From the NCBI GenBank assembly GCA_964270895.1, contig OZ185435.1: a stretch of 64,000 nt of DNA. One strand, 5' to 3'. The notes below the pieces were generated by a model, which saw only the letters and a program-made list of their open reading frames with translations, did not search any database and was not told the DNA's origin. This stretch comes from Podarcis filfolensis. Its lineage: Eukaryota. The position numbers and the translations under genes are program-made. Position 1 is the first letter of the stretch. Every line of letters starts with the position of its first letter. Of the stretch, positions 12,301 to 23,100 are shown in pieces.

Positions 12301-15300
12301 CCACTCCCAAAACAGATCACCCATCTTCTGGTTTCAGGTACTTTGAAGTCAATGTTTCTTGAAACTGCCAACCTGGGAGGAGGAATGGGGACCCCAGTTT
12401 TATATCAAATGGAGGGGGGGTGATATTTTCCGTGAGAAGAGCAGCGTCACCAGAAACTCCAGATAGTTTGTGTGACAGCTGGTGCAAATTTTCTGTTTTG
12501 GCACAGATTGCCACTACTCGCCGCCTCACCGTGCACTTTAACCCGCCCTCCAGCTGCGTCCTGGAGATCAGCATGAGAGGAGTCAAGATTGCTGTGAAAG
12601 GCGATGACTCTAAGGATCCCAGCAAGGTAGGCTTGACCACATGTGTAGCTCTGCTGCCAGCACTGTTCCTGGGTTCTGTGCTCTCTGTGCCTCATTATTA
12701 TTACATCTTCCAGCAGCAGCTCAGTGCTACCCCTTGGCCAATAAACAAAAGAGAGCATGCAAACGAGAGCGATTTGCATATGTCCTGGCTGGCGGTGCCT
12801 CCTGTCTTTTCCTGAAGGAGTCTATTGGGGATTGGATAACAGGGCAGAGTCATATTCATGCCCTGAAGTCCAGATGCAAAAGTACATGCTCCCAGGCTGT
12901 AGGTATATTAATGCACTGGAAGGTCTGTTTGCTAAGCTGCTCTGATAATCTACGAAGCATTGCTAAACCCGTCTGCTACTATTTTAACCGGTGTCCTGTG
13001 GATCTGTGCAGTAAAGCCTCTCTGCATAAGTAGCTCACATGGAGCTTTTAAGAGGAAGGAGCAAAGCCATTCAGAAAGTGCATTCTGTTCACAATGGAAA
13101 TGCCCTACTAGAGTCAATCGAGGGCAGTGGACCTGAAAGCAGAAAGACTGGGAGAAATATACCGGTATATGATAGCGTGTTAATTAATTATCTGAGCTTG
13201 GGCTGTGTTTAATCAACACAGCTGGCTTCAATTTATTTTGCTTGAACAAAACATTTGTTTGAATGTATTACTATTTTTCAAATGTGTGTAACCAACTGTC
13301 CCATTATTTTGTGCACTAACGCTAAAGTAGAATCCATTCAATTCTACCTCATGAAATGATTGTAACAGAATCAAGACCTTTCCTTTATTGAAGGTTAAAT
13401 GACACACAATGTAAAGGCTGGGACGTTTTGTAGCTGGTACAAGAATATTGCTTGACTCTGATACTGCTGCAGCCTTCCTGTAATCCTGAACCTGAAATCC
13501 CCGCTTTCGTATTCCTGCATAAGACCCTTTAGGAGAGAGTAAGAAGCTTATGATCTGGAACTAGTGATGCCAACAGGGTTTTCTGGACCCAGGACACTTG
13601 TATGTGGATTAGACCCTCTGCCCCACTCACAAAAGAGGATACAGATTTGCATATGCTTTGTGTCATACGGAAATTTATATAATCTTTTGTGAGTGGGATG
13701 AAGAGTCCAAAAATAGATAAGGAGCTGCACATCAGTAATAATATGTCTGAGAGGCCGAATGTCAGCGGGGGAAGCTTGCTCTGTATTTATGTTTCCATAC
13801 TAGAAAAGGTTTAACCTGTTAAATATCTGCCTGCCACACAGCTGTTAAAGGCACAAGGGCATTGCTGTCCTCCAGTACCAACCCTAAACCATGCAATAAA
13901 CTCCTGTTCCCTGAGTTGTTAACCTGTTACGTTACGCTTCATCAATTGATCTTAGGTCGGCATTACTATATTCATTTCAAGACCAGACACTATTTCAGAT
14001 GGTAGGGGAGGGTGTGTACCAAAAGTGGCATAAGAAATACAGCGACTGAGGTTTAAATGCTCATGGCTGGATGAATTCAAGATTGAATGCAGTGTATTCT
14101 AGCAGCATTTGCTGTGGTTAGTTATTATTTTTATTCCTTAACAACTAGAACTGTGTTATTAGCACAGGACAAACAGACACCCCTTTCTTTTTCTTGACCA
14201 ACAGTAAGTAACTGTTGATTATCATACTGGGAACAAGAAGCTGCTTCCAATAATTCCCCTATTTTCCCCACCCTTTGGTTGAAAAAGCAATTAATACAGT
14301 TGACAATCCACTTAATGACACCCTCAACTGCATTTCCCTACGAAGAAACCAATGACAGAAGAAGAAACCCCGACAGGCCTGAATATAGCAAGCTAGGGCT
14401 ACTTTGCAGGGTTGATGTAACCCACATAGCTCTCTCAGTTGCAGTACCCCCCTGTGATACGTATTTTGCATTAGCAGGATTTTTTAAAAAATGAAATCAC
14501 ATAATATTGGAAAAAGCTCTTTTCTTGCATGAAATTAATTCTGAGTTAGAAAGAGCAGGAATTAATTATTGTCCTAGCTGCTAATTTTGCTTTTGGGTAG
14601 ACATGCTACTGCCCAATTACAGCTACACTAAAATCCTGGATTTTTCAGTCATTGTTTCTGGTCAACAATCCCATTTCTACCAGGGAAAGCCAAAGGAAGA
14701 GAAAAGCTTTTAAAAGAACCTGGAAGATCCTTCAGAATGAATCAGGCAGTTCTTTCTCCATCTAGAAAAAAGTCACACATAGAGCAAGGAAGACAGTAAA
14801 ATGGCTTCAAACTGGACCTGGCTGATGTTTTTCTCAAGTGTTTGGAGAAGGGACTTCCTTGGTCGTTTTTGAGCTGTTTTGGGGTCTCCTCTGATGTGTG
14901 TGTAACATAGCACCTGTCAATTACAGCTGCGACTTCACTCATTGACTAAAATTGCTAAAAGATGGGAATCATATCACACAAAATAGTCTATGCACGTTTT
15001 CCTTCCTAACTTTCGTTCTACGACGGCTAAGGATCTAAGTAATTTAAAATGGACAAATCAGGAGTCTGGGGACCCTACTCACTCTGAGGCCAGTACAGCA
15101 AGACTCCCATGACTTAATTTTCCTTCTCATCAGCCCTGCCTGGAATTTCCCCTGTACTTCCTACCATACAAGCTTTTGCAGTGCACAGGTAAACTGTTTA
15201 GAGTTTTACAATGGAATATCATTTCCCCAAAACACAGCATGAGGTCCTTTTAATTTATGACTTGGATCTCCCAAGGGTGAGGGATCCGAACACATTTTAA

Positions 15301-17333
15301 TTTCCCTTTCCTTCAATAAATGGCTCTGGTTCCTCAACTGTCCTAACTCTTACCCAAGCCTAACATCTTGCTCTCTCCATCCTGCAGGGGAATAAATGTA
15401 GCCACTTTTTCCAGTTGAAGAACATTTCATTCTGTGGATACCACCCAAAGAACAACAAGTAAGTCCTGGTGGATGGTCGAAATGAATTCATGGCAAAGGA
15501 GACACACAGCTCTTCCTCCTTGCACTATCCTGCAGTGTATCCTAGGCAGTTTGGGGCTTTGAAGTGTAACTTGTATAGGAAGTTCCTGTGTAGCAATCTT
15601 CTTAATCCCTACTAAACAATATGCTTGATAAAGGTGGGATGTGATCTTGTTAATCAGACTGTATCACCTACATTTATCCTCCACTTGGTACCAACATAGA
15701 TAGACAGAAGCCAGAAGACCGCTGTGAATTTGGTGGGGTGTGTTGGGGGTGGGGGTTTGGATTCTCAATCAAGCTTTATTTTTAGAGATCCAGGTGAGCT
15801 GCCGTTTACCAGCTTTGTCTGGTACGCAAATTGCACAGGAAGAAAAGTATTCGTCCCACTTCCTGCTTTTGCCCACACATACAAAGCAAAACCAACGGCT
15901 TTCTCTTCAGGGAGGTATATTTTGTACCTGCAGGAAGAGTGGAACCAATGGGTCTTGTTTCTTTGTTAGAGAATTCATTCCTAGCCTAGGATACCAGAGT
16001 ATAGTGTATTTTAAAATGGGGTTTTAGAGTTTTTAGGGTTTTTGAATGTTTTGTGTAGTTTTTATGTAGTTTTATGTAGTTTTTATGTAGTTTTATGTAG
16101 TTTTTATGTAGTTTTATGTAGTTTTGCGGTAGTTTTATGTAGTTTTATGTAGTTTTTTAATTTCATTGTTCCACAAGGGACAATGACAATAAAGATATTG
16201 TATCGTATTAAAAAGAGACCCAACCTTTAGCCCAAGCTCATGTATTGTGTTTTCTCTTTCAGGTATTTTGGGTTCATCACCAAGCACCCAGCTGACCACA
16301 GATTTGCGTGCCATGTCTTTGTTGCAGAGGAGTCCACCAAACCACTTGCAGAGTCTGTAGGGTGAGTTTCAGACTACATCCTGAAAATTCCTGCTATTTA
16401 CAAAGATCCCGGTCTACCTGGATCTAAGAGAGGGGTGTGTTGGTTGCAGATGGGTACTGGAGATGTCAGCAGAAGCATTAGTGGCCAGGGATCAGCCACT
16501 TTTCACCCAGCTCCCAACCCCCCTAGACAGTTCAGAAGGATACCATGGTCAACAGTATCAAAAGTTGCTGAGAGATCCAGCAGAACCAGGAAACAGCTTT
16601 GACCTCTGTCTCTAGCCCACCAGAGGTCATCAACCAGTGCAACCAAGGTGGTTTCAGTCTCATGATGGGGCCTGAATCCCAGCTGAAAGGGATCCAAATG
16701 GTACGCGTCCTCCAGATGTGCCTGGAATTGTTCAATGACCACCCGCTCAATCACCTTGCCCAGGAATGGAAGATCTGAGACTGGGTGATAATTGGCCATA
16801 ATGGCCAGGTCCATAGATGGGTTTAAAGGAGTGGTTTAATGACAGTTTCTTTAAGGGGGTCCAGGAAGACTCTCTCACTGAGAGAAGCATTCACCACCCC
16901 ACAGAGCCCATTGCCCAGCCCTACCCAGTTCACTTTGATGAGCCAGGATGGACCAGGATCAAGGAGACAGGTGGTAGGTTTCACTCGTCCAAGCAGCCTG
17001 TCCACATCATCGGAGGTAGCAGATTGGAATTGAACCCCATACAACCTGACTAGGCAGAGCTTTGGCACTCTCCCGTCCCAGCCCTGCTCCCATGATGGAA
17101 TCTACCTCTTTCCAAATACTGTTTTCTGCAGATGCAGTAGAGGCGGCGAATAAGGTCCTCTTGGTAGGCTCAGTGTTGAGCTCTAACTTGTTGCTTTGCC
17201 TGTTCTGTGGAAGAATCCCAGCTCCCAATTGACGTTCCATTTCATGTTTTCTTTTTGCAGGAGAGCCTTCCATCAGTTCTACAAGGAATGTGTGGAATAT
17301 ACGTGCCCCACAGAGGACATCTACCTAGAGTAG
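3219..17333 (+). CDS. MAPK8IP1: MAPK8IP1 (JIP1/IB1) JNK scaffold, 5'-partial; join(3219-3300,5282-6157,7491-7566,8736-8908,9660-9769,12507-12626,15388-15458,16263-16361,17261-17333)
   Basis: Nine GT-AG exons total 1680 nt (559 aa + TAG) with continuous phase. They encode the SH3 domain, the PTB domain and the kinesin-light-chain-binding tail [11 protein letters not shown]. Exons 1-3, including the JNK-binding motif, lie upstream of the window. Confidence 0.97.
4319..4420 (-). mobile_element. L2-type 3' tail fragment with (TAA)n
   Basis: (taa)n...tttatttatatcccaccctcccc...ctcagggtggctaaca, the reverse of the tail at 28560-28710. Confidence 0.6.
5282..6157 (+). CDS. MAPK8IP1: MAPK8IP1 exon 5 (876 nt)
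   Basis: cttag|GT GAG CAG ACC...TCC TCC A|gtgagt; [15 protein letters not shown]...[19 protein letters not shown]...[13 protein letters not shown]. Confidence 0.96.
6434..6540. mobile_element. Degraded palindromic MITE (family of 23808-23943)
   Basis: ccctccaga...gatgggagctatagtccaaaacatctggaggg. Confidence 0.7.
7491..7566 (+). CDS. MAPK8IP1: MAPK8IP1 exon 6 (76 nt)
   Basis: tttccag|GT GCT GAA...TTC AG|gtgagt; [26 protein letters not shown]. Confidence 0.95.
8736..8908 (+). CDS. MAPK8IP1: MAPK8IP1 exon 7, SH3 domain (173 nt)
   Basis: ctcctcag|G TTT GTG...ATG ACA G|gtactt; [49 protein letters not shown]. Confidence 0.96.
8923..9321 (-). mobile_element. L2 LINE 3' end, little decayed
   Basis: [23 protein letters not shown]...[15 protein letters not shown] is the typical L2 ORF2 end, followed by an (ATT)n tail. 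The tail is near-identical to 29655-29720. Confidence 0.85.
9660..9769 (+). CDS. MAPK8IP1: MAPK8IP1 exon 8 (110 nt)
   Basis: tttttag|AT TCA AGC...CAG AAG|gtactg; [37 protein letters not shown]. Confidence 0.94.
10050..10399 (-). mobile_element. Full-length Sauria SINE with 10-bp target-site duplication
   Basis: tRNA-like head gtggcgctgtgg...ggttcgaatcc, (ACCTTT)n tail, TSD TTTGCTTTTA at 10040-10049 and 10400-10409. Confidence 0.9.
10680..11160 (-). mobile_element. Degraded L2 LINE fragment
   Basis: Frame-shifted remnants [10 protein letters not shown]...[14 protein letters not shown]. Confidence 0.65.
11440..11720 (-). mobile_element. Degraded L2 3' fragment
   Basis: gaattccagaactgaggtgcagccacagagaagg...cttaaagcactatccagg, similar to 9110-9310. 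Confidence 0.55.
11760..12016 (+). mobile_element. tRNA-derived CORE-SINE (MIR/Ther1-derived, Squam3-like)
   Basis: A box tggtgaagtggttaag, B box gggttcgcgtctcc, CORE-like gctgggtgaccttgggctagtcac, L2-like tail, (TCC)(TTG)n end. Confidence 0.75.
12507..12626 (+). CDS. MAPK8IP1: MAPK8IP1 exon 9, PTB domain (120 nt)
   Basis: ggcacag|ATT GCC...AGC AAG|gtaggc; [40 protein letters not shown]. Confidence 0.95.
15388..15458 (+). CDS. MAPK8IP1: MAPK8IP1 exon 10 (71 nt)
   Basis: cctgcag|GGG AAT AAA...AAC AA|gtaagt; [24 protein letters not shown]; not in ORF track. Confidence 0.95.
16000..16210 (+). mobile_element. Probable non-LTR retroelement 3' end (Rex/Babar-like tail)
   Basis: T-rich UTR then ttcattgt...acaatgacaataaaga and a (TATCG/TATTG) tail; family assignment from memory only. 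Confidence 0.35.
16055..16158 (+). repeat. Minisatellite, 10 units GTAGTTTT(T)AT
   Basis: The first six units alternate 11/10 bp (21-bp higher-order repeat x3); one variant unit GTAGTTTTGCG. Confidence 0.95.
16263..16361 (+). CDS. MAPK8IP1: MAPK8IP1 exon 11 (99 nt)
   Basis: ctttcag|G TAT TTT...GTA GG|gtgagt; [33 protein letters not shown]; not in ORF track. Confidence 0.95.
16500..17075 (-). mobile_element. L2 LINE reverse-transcriptase fragment
   Basis: [19 protein letters not shown]...[15 protein letters not shown]...[14 protein letters not shown] (RT motifs), frame-shifted upstream part TTCLLDP. Confidence 0.88.
17261..17333 (+). CDS. MAPK8IP1: MAPK8IP1 exon 12 coding part
   Basis: tttgcag|G AGA GCC...GAG TAG; [23 protein letters not shown]. 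Confidence 0.96.
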
Positions 17334-17584
17334 GGGCCGGGGCAGCCCCCGCCCTCCTGTACAGACAAGGGCCATTCCCCCCATTGTGCATGGACAAGCT
17401 GCTTTGAGATGGAAGGAGGAGTGGGCGTGGGAACAGTGTTCCTCAGTGCGCAGAGCCCCACCTCTTTCAGTGCACCTCCTCTTTCCTTGGGCTGGGGGTT
17501 TGGGATGGGTGGGGTGGGTGGACCAAAAAAAAGGGTTTATTATCAGAAGAAGAAATATGCTTTTCCGTTCGTTTGTTTATCTGA

Positions 17585-17590
17585 AATAAA
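17585..17590 (+). terminator. Candidate MAPK8IP1 polyadenylation signal
   Basis: First AATAAA after the stop (252 nt downstream), preceded by a U-rich stretch. The true 3' end may lie further on. Confidence 0.4.
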
Positions 17591-19510
17591 GCACCACCAG
17601 CGGAAGCAGGTGTTGCTGCCGCTGGTACAGGAGGAGAGTGGGCATGGGCACTGGGAGTGCCCACTTGAATGGGCTGCCTTGGTGCTACTGCGAGAGAGAG
17701 GGCTCCACGAGTTCTGCTCGAGTCTGTTTGGGGCCTGCTCTAGTTCTAGCTGCCGTGTTCAGCCCTTCACATTGGGAGTTTAGTAAGATGGGAATGCTCC
17801 TCTTCCACTGCAGAAGAAGGAATAGCTAATAAGCTTGGGGATGGTTGCAAGTAGTGAGCCCAGTCCCTGGCTGGGAATGGTGGGGTTGGGGAATAGTGGA
17901 ATAGGAGACAGAGAATGGGGGTGGTGGCCATTTGCCCTGCCAGTTCCCAAGAGATAGCATCCAAGTCTCTTATCCTGTGCCTGCAAAAAATCCGGGAACC
18001 ACTGGAGGAACACTGGTGCCTGTCCTAGCCCCTCCCAGTTTGAAGGCATGTAGACAGCCAGGGAGGGCCCATGCCCTGGGAATCTGCTGATGGAAAGAGC
18101 TCCTCCACCCCGGCCCTTGCTCTAAATCTCCCTTCCCTCCATACCCGCTCTCCAGCTGCAGGTTCTGCATTCACGGAGGGAATCTGGACCCTGCACAGAA
18201 CACGAGAGCCAGGGTTCATCTGATTCATCTGCATCAGGGGCTTGAGAGGAGCTCCAGCCATAAGCACAAAATTGATTCAGGAAGGGCTCGGTCCCACGGA
18301 GAAGAAGCAAAGCTGGGAGAATAGCATGAGTGACTAGGGGCTAATAAGAGCTGCAGAAAGGTGTGCCTTTGCCCTTCTCCCCCCTCCCCCCCCAAAGCAG
18401 GGGGCTCTGTGCTTCTGCTCTAATGACAACAATGATTAAACGTTGATGTTTCAAAGAGCCTGTGTTGCTGTTGTTTTGTTGCCCAAGGAGACTCAGGCCT
18501 CTAAGAAAACTGCTGTTTTCCTGGGAATTGCAAGAGCCAAATTTGACATTTTGCTAGCCTTCCTTGGGGAGCCACACCAGCTGCAGCATAGCAGCATTCC
18601 AGGTTCTGCAACCCCCATTTTGAAACCAAATTATAGTATATCAGATTTCCAGGGAAATGTCACACATCTTCAGTTTTCAAAAGTACAGGTATAAACCTTG
18701 CATAGGCTTATAAAAGTGTGGAAAGGTCCCACTGAATCCAATAGTGTTGAATGACTATGCTGGGTATTATAAAACAACTCGTTCTTCTTGGAATAGCTTG
18801 GCTTTCAGGCGGGGAGCATGGCACTCCTCCATTGTCTCCCAAGACAGATGGAGGCCAACTCCCTCCCATTTACATTGAGGTCCTGTCTCCATATATTTGT
18901 GAACCTTGGTGTTGTGCGTCTGTCTTTTTTTTGCTTTCAGATACAGTGGGGAGGGGGCTTAATTTGTTAGTTATTGACAATCATTGAGAAGTCTTGCTAG
19001 AGTTTACCCAGCTGTTGGCCCCCTGCAACCACCAGAAATGTGTCACATTCCCCTATTCTGGTTAAAGGCTTTGAGATGTCAGAATCCCAGGACCTCAATG
19101 GATTCTGCCACAAAATCTTCTAATCTACTAGCCTCTTCTCTAGCTAAATATAGATTGTATGTTGGCAGCTCTGTTGTTGCCAGTTAAGGAAAGCAGCGAA
19201 TTATTAAGCGGCATTCAAAGGGTTTTGGGTCTGCATTTCTACCAGATGTTGGGGAGACCCTAAAATAGGGATGGGGAACCTGTTGCCCTTCAGATGCTGT
19301 TGGACACTAATAAACGTTGATTATGGGAATTGTCGTCCAATATCTAGAGAGCCATTGAGGCACTTAACTTCTGCTTTTCTCAAAACAAAAACACTTAATT
19401 ATACACCAAAAAAGCCCTAAATGAAATCAATTTTGTCAAATATGGAACTATATATATATTTACATTATACAATTCAACTCATAATAGTCAGCTTCCTTAG
19501 AATTTGGAAT

Positions 19511-19516
19511 TTTATT
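19511..19516 (-). terminator. Candidate FREY1 polyadenylation signal
   Basis: AATAAA on the minus strand about 480 nt after the stop. Confidence 0.5.
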
Positions 19517-19996
19517 GTGCGGCGGGAGCAAAGAATAGAAGAATTGGCAAGAGGGAAAGTAATATTGGACCCACAATAAGAAGAGTCATGACAGGGGTGG
19601 CGAGGGAGAGAAGACAACGGCAACAGAAAGCTGTGGCCAACACAGTCCCAGCCTCTGCAGCAAAAAAACCCCCCCACCCATCTCTGGCCCTCATCAAATG
19701 TTTGCAAGCTTTGCTCAACACCCATAAGAGTTAAAACATGAGATGTGAGCCAAGACCTTGCAACTGCCCTGCTGAGTGCCAAGTGCCGTGCCTGTAGGAT
19801 GGATGCATAGAGCAGACAGAACAGTGGGGATGGGGAAGAGGCATGCAAGTGTGAAACAGGAAAGGAAGGGGAAGATCTCGCTTCTTACATTACTAGGTGA
19901 TTTGGGTTGAGGGGCTTTTGCTGCCTGTGACAGATCAATTAGTTGGTGCAAGTACACTTCAGAGGTGGCACCTCCATTTGCATTTCCCTAAGAAAC

Positions 19997-20133
19997 TCAA
20001 AGGAGGTCGTCGTAATAATACTCCTCAAAATTTGGCTCATCCCGCTTGCTTTTGTGTGCTTTTTGCAGCTTTTCCGATTCCTTCCGCTGTATCCGTCTCC
20101 GGAAGTTGGGCATCTTTGGTTTAATGCCATAAT
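19997..20133 (-). CDS. FREY1: FREY1 exon 3 coding part (137 nt)
   Basis: gtcttcacag|AT TAT GGC...CTC CTT TGA; YGIKPK...KRDEPNFEEYYYDDLL*. Confidence 0.93.
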
Positions 20134-23100
20134 CTGTGAAGACAGGAGCTAGTAAGAGAAGTGTGTGGCAATGGCAGGGCAGGAAGAGAAAAAAATCACA
20201 TAGGAGGATGTGGGAGCGAAGGCTCACATGGCCCTAAGAGGGGCATATTATGGGATCCTCGAGGCAGTTAACTAGAAGGCAGGGTTGGGGAAACTGGAGG
20301 AGGGATTCACCTACTGAGCGCTGCCAGAAGAAGCTCTGTGCAAAGACTTCTGCCTGCACAATAGGGCTTTCCCCTCTCCTCCCCCTGAAATTGGATCGTG
20401 AGAACCTCATGCAAGCTGAGGAGAGGGAGTGTGGTTCAACTGGCACACCAAAATGCTTGCAGTGATGCAGTGATAAGAGCGGCACATGGGGTTCCTCCAA
20501 TGTTGTTGGACTCCAGCTCCCATAAGCCCCAGCCAGCATGGCCAGTGGTCAGGGATGATAGGTGCTATGGTCTGGCACCATTTCAAGGGCACCAGGTTGC
20601 CCACCTGTGCTCTAAGGATTGACTTATTTGAACCAACAGGGCATTCTAGGGTGCTTAAGGCACATGGTTGTCATGTTTGCTAGTCAGTTTAGACTTCTTG
20701 GCTTAATAAGCAACAGAGTCTTGCCTTATCCACTTCTGCCCACCTCTCCCTACAGAAACACATTCAAATTGCTTCCATTCCATACAGACTCAAATGAGGG
20801 GCTGAAATTGATAGAGGGGTGCTTTTTCTTTCTTTCTCTTGAATCCAGAAAATAGATGGTGCAGCTGGTCATGGAAGAAAACTCAGTGATCTGATACAGC
20901 TGGGTTTTGTTGTAGGCGATGATTAAGAATAATAATGATATCGATAATAATACTTATTAGTTGCTCTCTCTTTTACAAAAAGTCAACTCAAAATTTTGTT
21001 TTTATTTATTAAATTTGTATACCACCCTTCATCTGTAGATCTCAAGGAGGTTCATAGCATAAAAATACAAGCTAAAAATACATAATAAAAAGAAAGAAAG
21101 CAATAAAAAGCCTTCCCACAAACACATTTAAAAGGATGTTAATCAGCCAAAGGCCTGGTTGAAGAGTAACATTTTTGCTTGGTGCCTAAAGGTGTATAAT
21201 GAGCCTCCCTGTATAATGAGCTTTCCACAAATAGGGAGCCACTGCAGAAAAGGCCCCTTCTCATGTTGCCGCCCTCCGGACTTCTCATGGAGGAGGCACA
21301 CGAAGAAGGGCTTCAGATTATGATCACATGGTCTAGGTAGGTTCGTATCCCATGCACTAAAGGAGGGAACAGTATCTAAAACTCTCCAAGTTAAAGGCCT
21401 GGCTGAATGGCAATGTTTTTGCCTGGTTCCTAAAAGTAGCCAGTGGCAGTACTAGGCAGAGCTTTCCATAATCAGGGAGCCACCACTGAAAATGACCATT
21501 CTTGTGTTGCCACCCACCTCACTTTCCTTGGAGAGGGCACACAGAGGACAACCCCAAACCACATATGGAGGATCCAGGTTGGTTCATGTTGGGGAGAAGC
21601 AGTCCTTCAGCTGCATAAGGCTTTATAGGTCAAAACCAGCCCTTTGAATTAAGTTCAGAAATTTGGTAGCTGGAACAGTGACGCCAGAATAGATTTGAAA
21701 TGCTCAGGCCATCTTGCACTGGTCAGCAATGTCTCTGCTGCAGCTTTCCCTACCAACAGATCCCCAAGATGTTGGATTATGACTCCCACCAATCCCCTAT
21801 GATTACTTTTGCTGCCCAGGAATAATTGGGCTGTAGTCCAATGACATCTGGGGACCAAAAATTGGGAAAGGTTTCTCTTCTAATAACCTGGAAGGTACTT
21901 CTTTTTTTCAACTTGTGCCTATATATTGACGATCCCTTTGCCCAGAGATAAGGACTACAACTCCCATCAGCCCCAGCGAGCATAGGCAAGGGTCAGGGAT
22001 GGTGGGAACTGTAGTCCATCAACATCTGGAGGGTAACACATTGGCTCTCCTTGCCCTATGCTGTTGCGTAGTAGGAACTGGAAGGAATACATGCCATCCA
22101 CCAGGCCAAAGTGCTGCTGCTGGAGCTCCAGGGGTGCAGAGAATTCCTCTGGGACAGACGGACTGAGCCTGCTGCAGAAGAGGACAAGGTCAGGAACTGC
22201 GATGGTTGCTGCCTAAAGCCCTGATCTTATGGACTATTAGCGCGGAGGGAGTTCCCCACGTGGTTATTTCAAAACACCTTCCCAGCCAAATAATAATTTA
22301 TAAAACAAAGCACAGAGCACTAGCCCAAATGTGCAATTAAAACAAGTGCAAGTGCCTATAATAAATCCCCCGTAGTTAAAAAAACTTGCCTCCAAACCTT
22401 AACATATCTTCTTGATCAAGGAATTATAGATGTAATCAAATCACATTTTGAAAATGCAACTATTTAAAACCTTATTAATTAATTAATTTTATCTGTTTAT
22501 TACATCACTTTCCATTTATAATGTCTTGTTTGAAAAGCATATACAGACCCAAAAGATGGTGGATAACTCTGCAGTATTTATTGAAGATCTTATTTTCGTA
22601 TCGCCTGTGGCCCCATTTCCACACACCCCTTCTGCATCTTTCTTCAAGACATCCAGCAATGCAGTGATTTGAAGCATTTATCATAATCAAGGGGTTTGCA
22701 TGAAAATCTAAATTCTCCAAAGAAATTTGACTTGATACATCTATGAAGTGGTTCACTATACCAAAACAGTGATGGCCATTACACTAAAATGCAACATGAA
22801 AATCATGCTCTGATTCAGTCCAGTGCTGTTTGGTTAACCCTGGTAAAATTCTGTCTAATGATACTCTTTGAGGCCTCCCTTCCTTTGTTTAGTCCCCCAA
22901 CAAACCCTGAAGAAGAATGAGCATAAGCCACATACTGCGGTTTTCTTTTCTTAGTGCCAGCAGGAGCAAAATATCCCTAAAATGTGCCTGCTGACAATTT
23001 CAATAGGAATTAGGGCATGTGAGATGGGTTGATCTACCCAGATGTTGAGCCTTTGGAATATAATCCTACTGCTAGCTGTTGTTTTATATTTGGCAAGAGT

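Noticed and set aside
16055-16158. Repeat array as CRISPR-like
   Set aside because: No spacers, vertebrate intron; a simple minisatellite.
17285-17298. KECVEY versus remembered human KQFVEY before the kinesin-binding tail
   Set aside because: Outside the invariant motif, and I cannot tell whether it is general among sauropsids.
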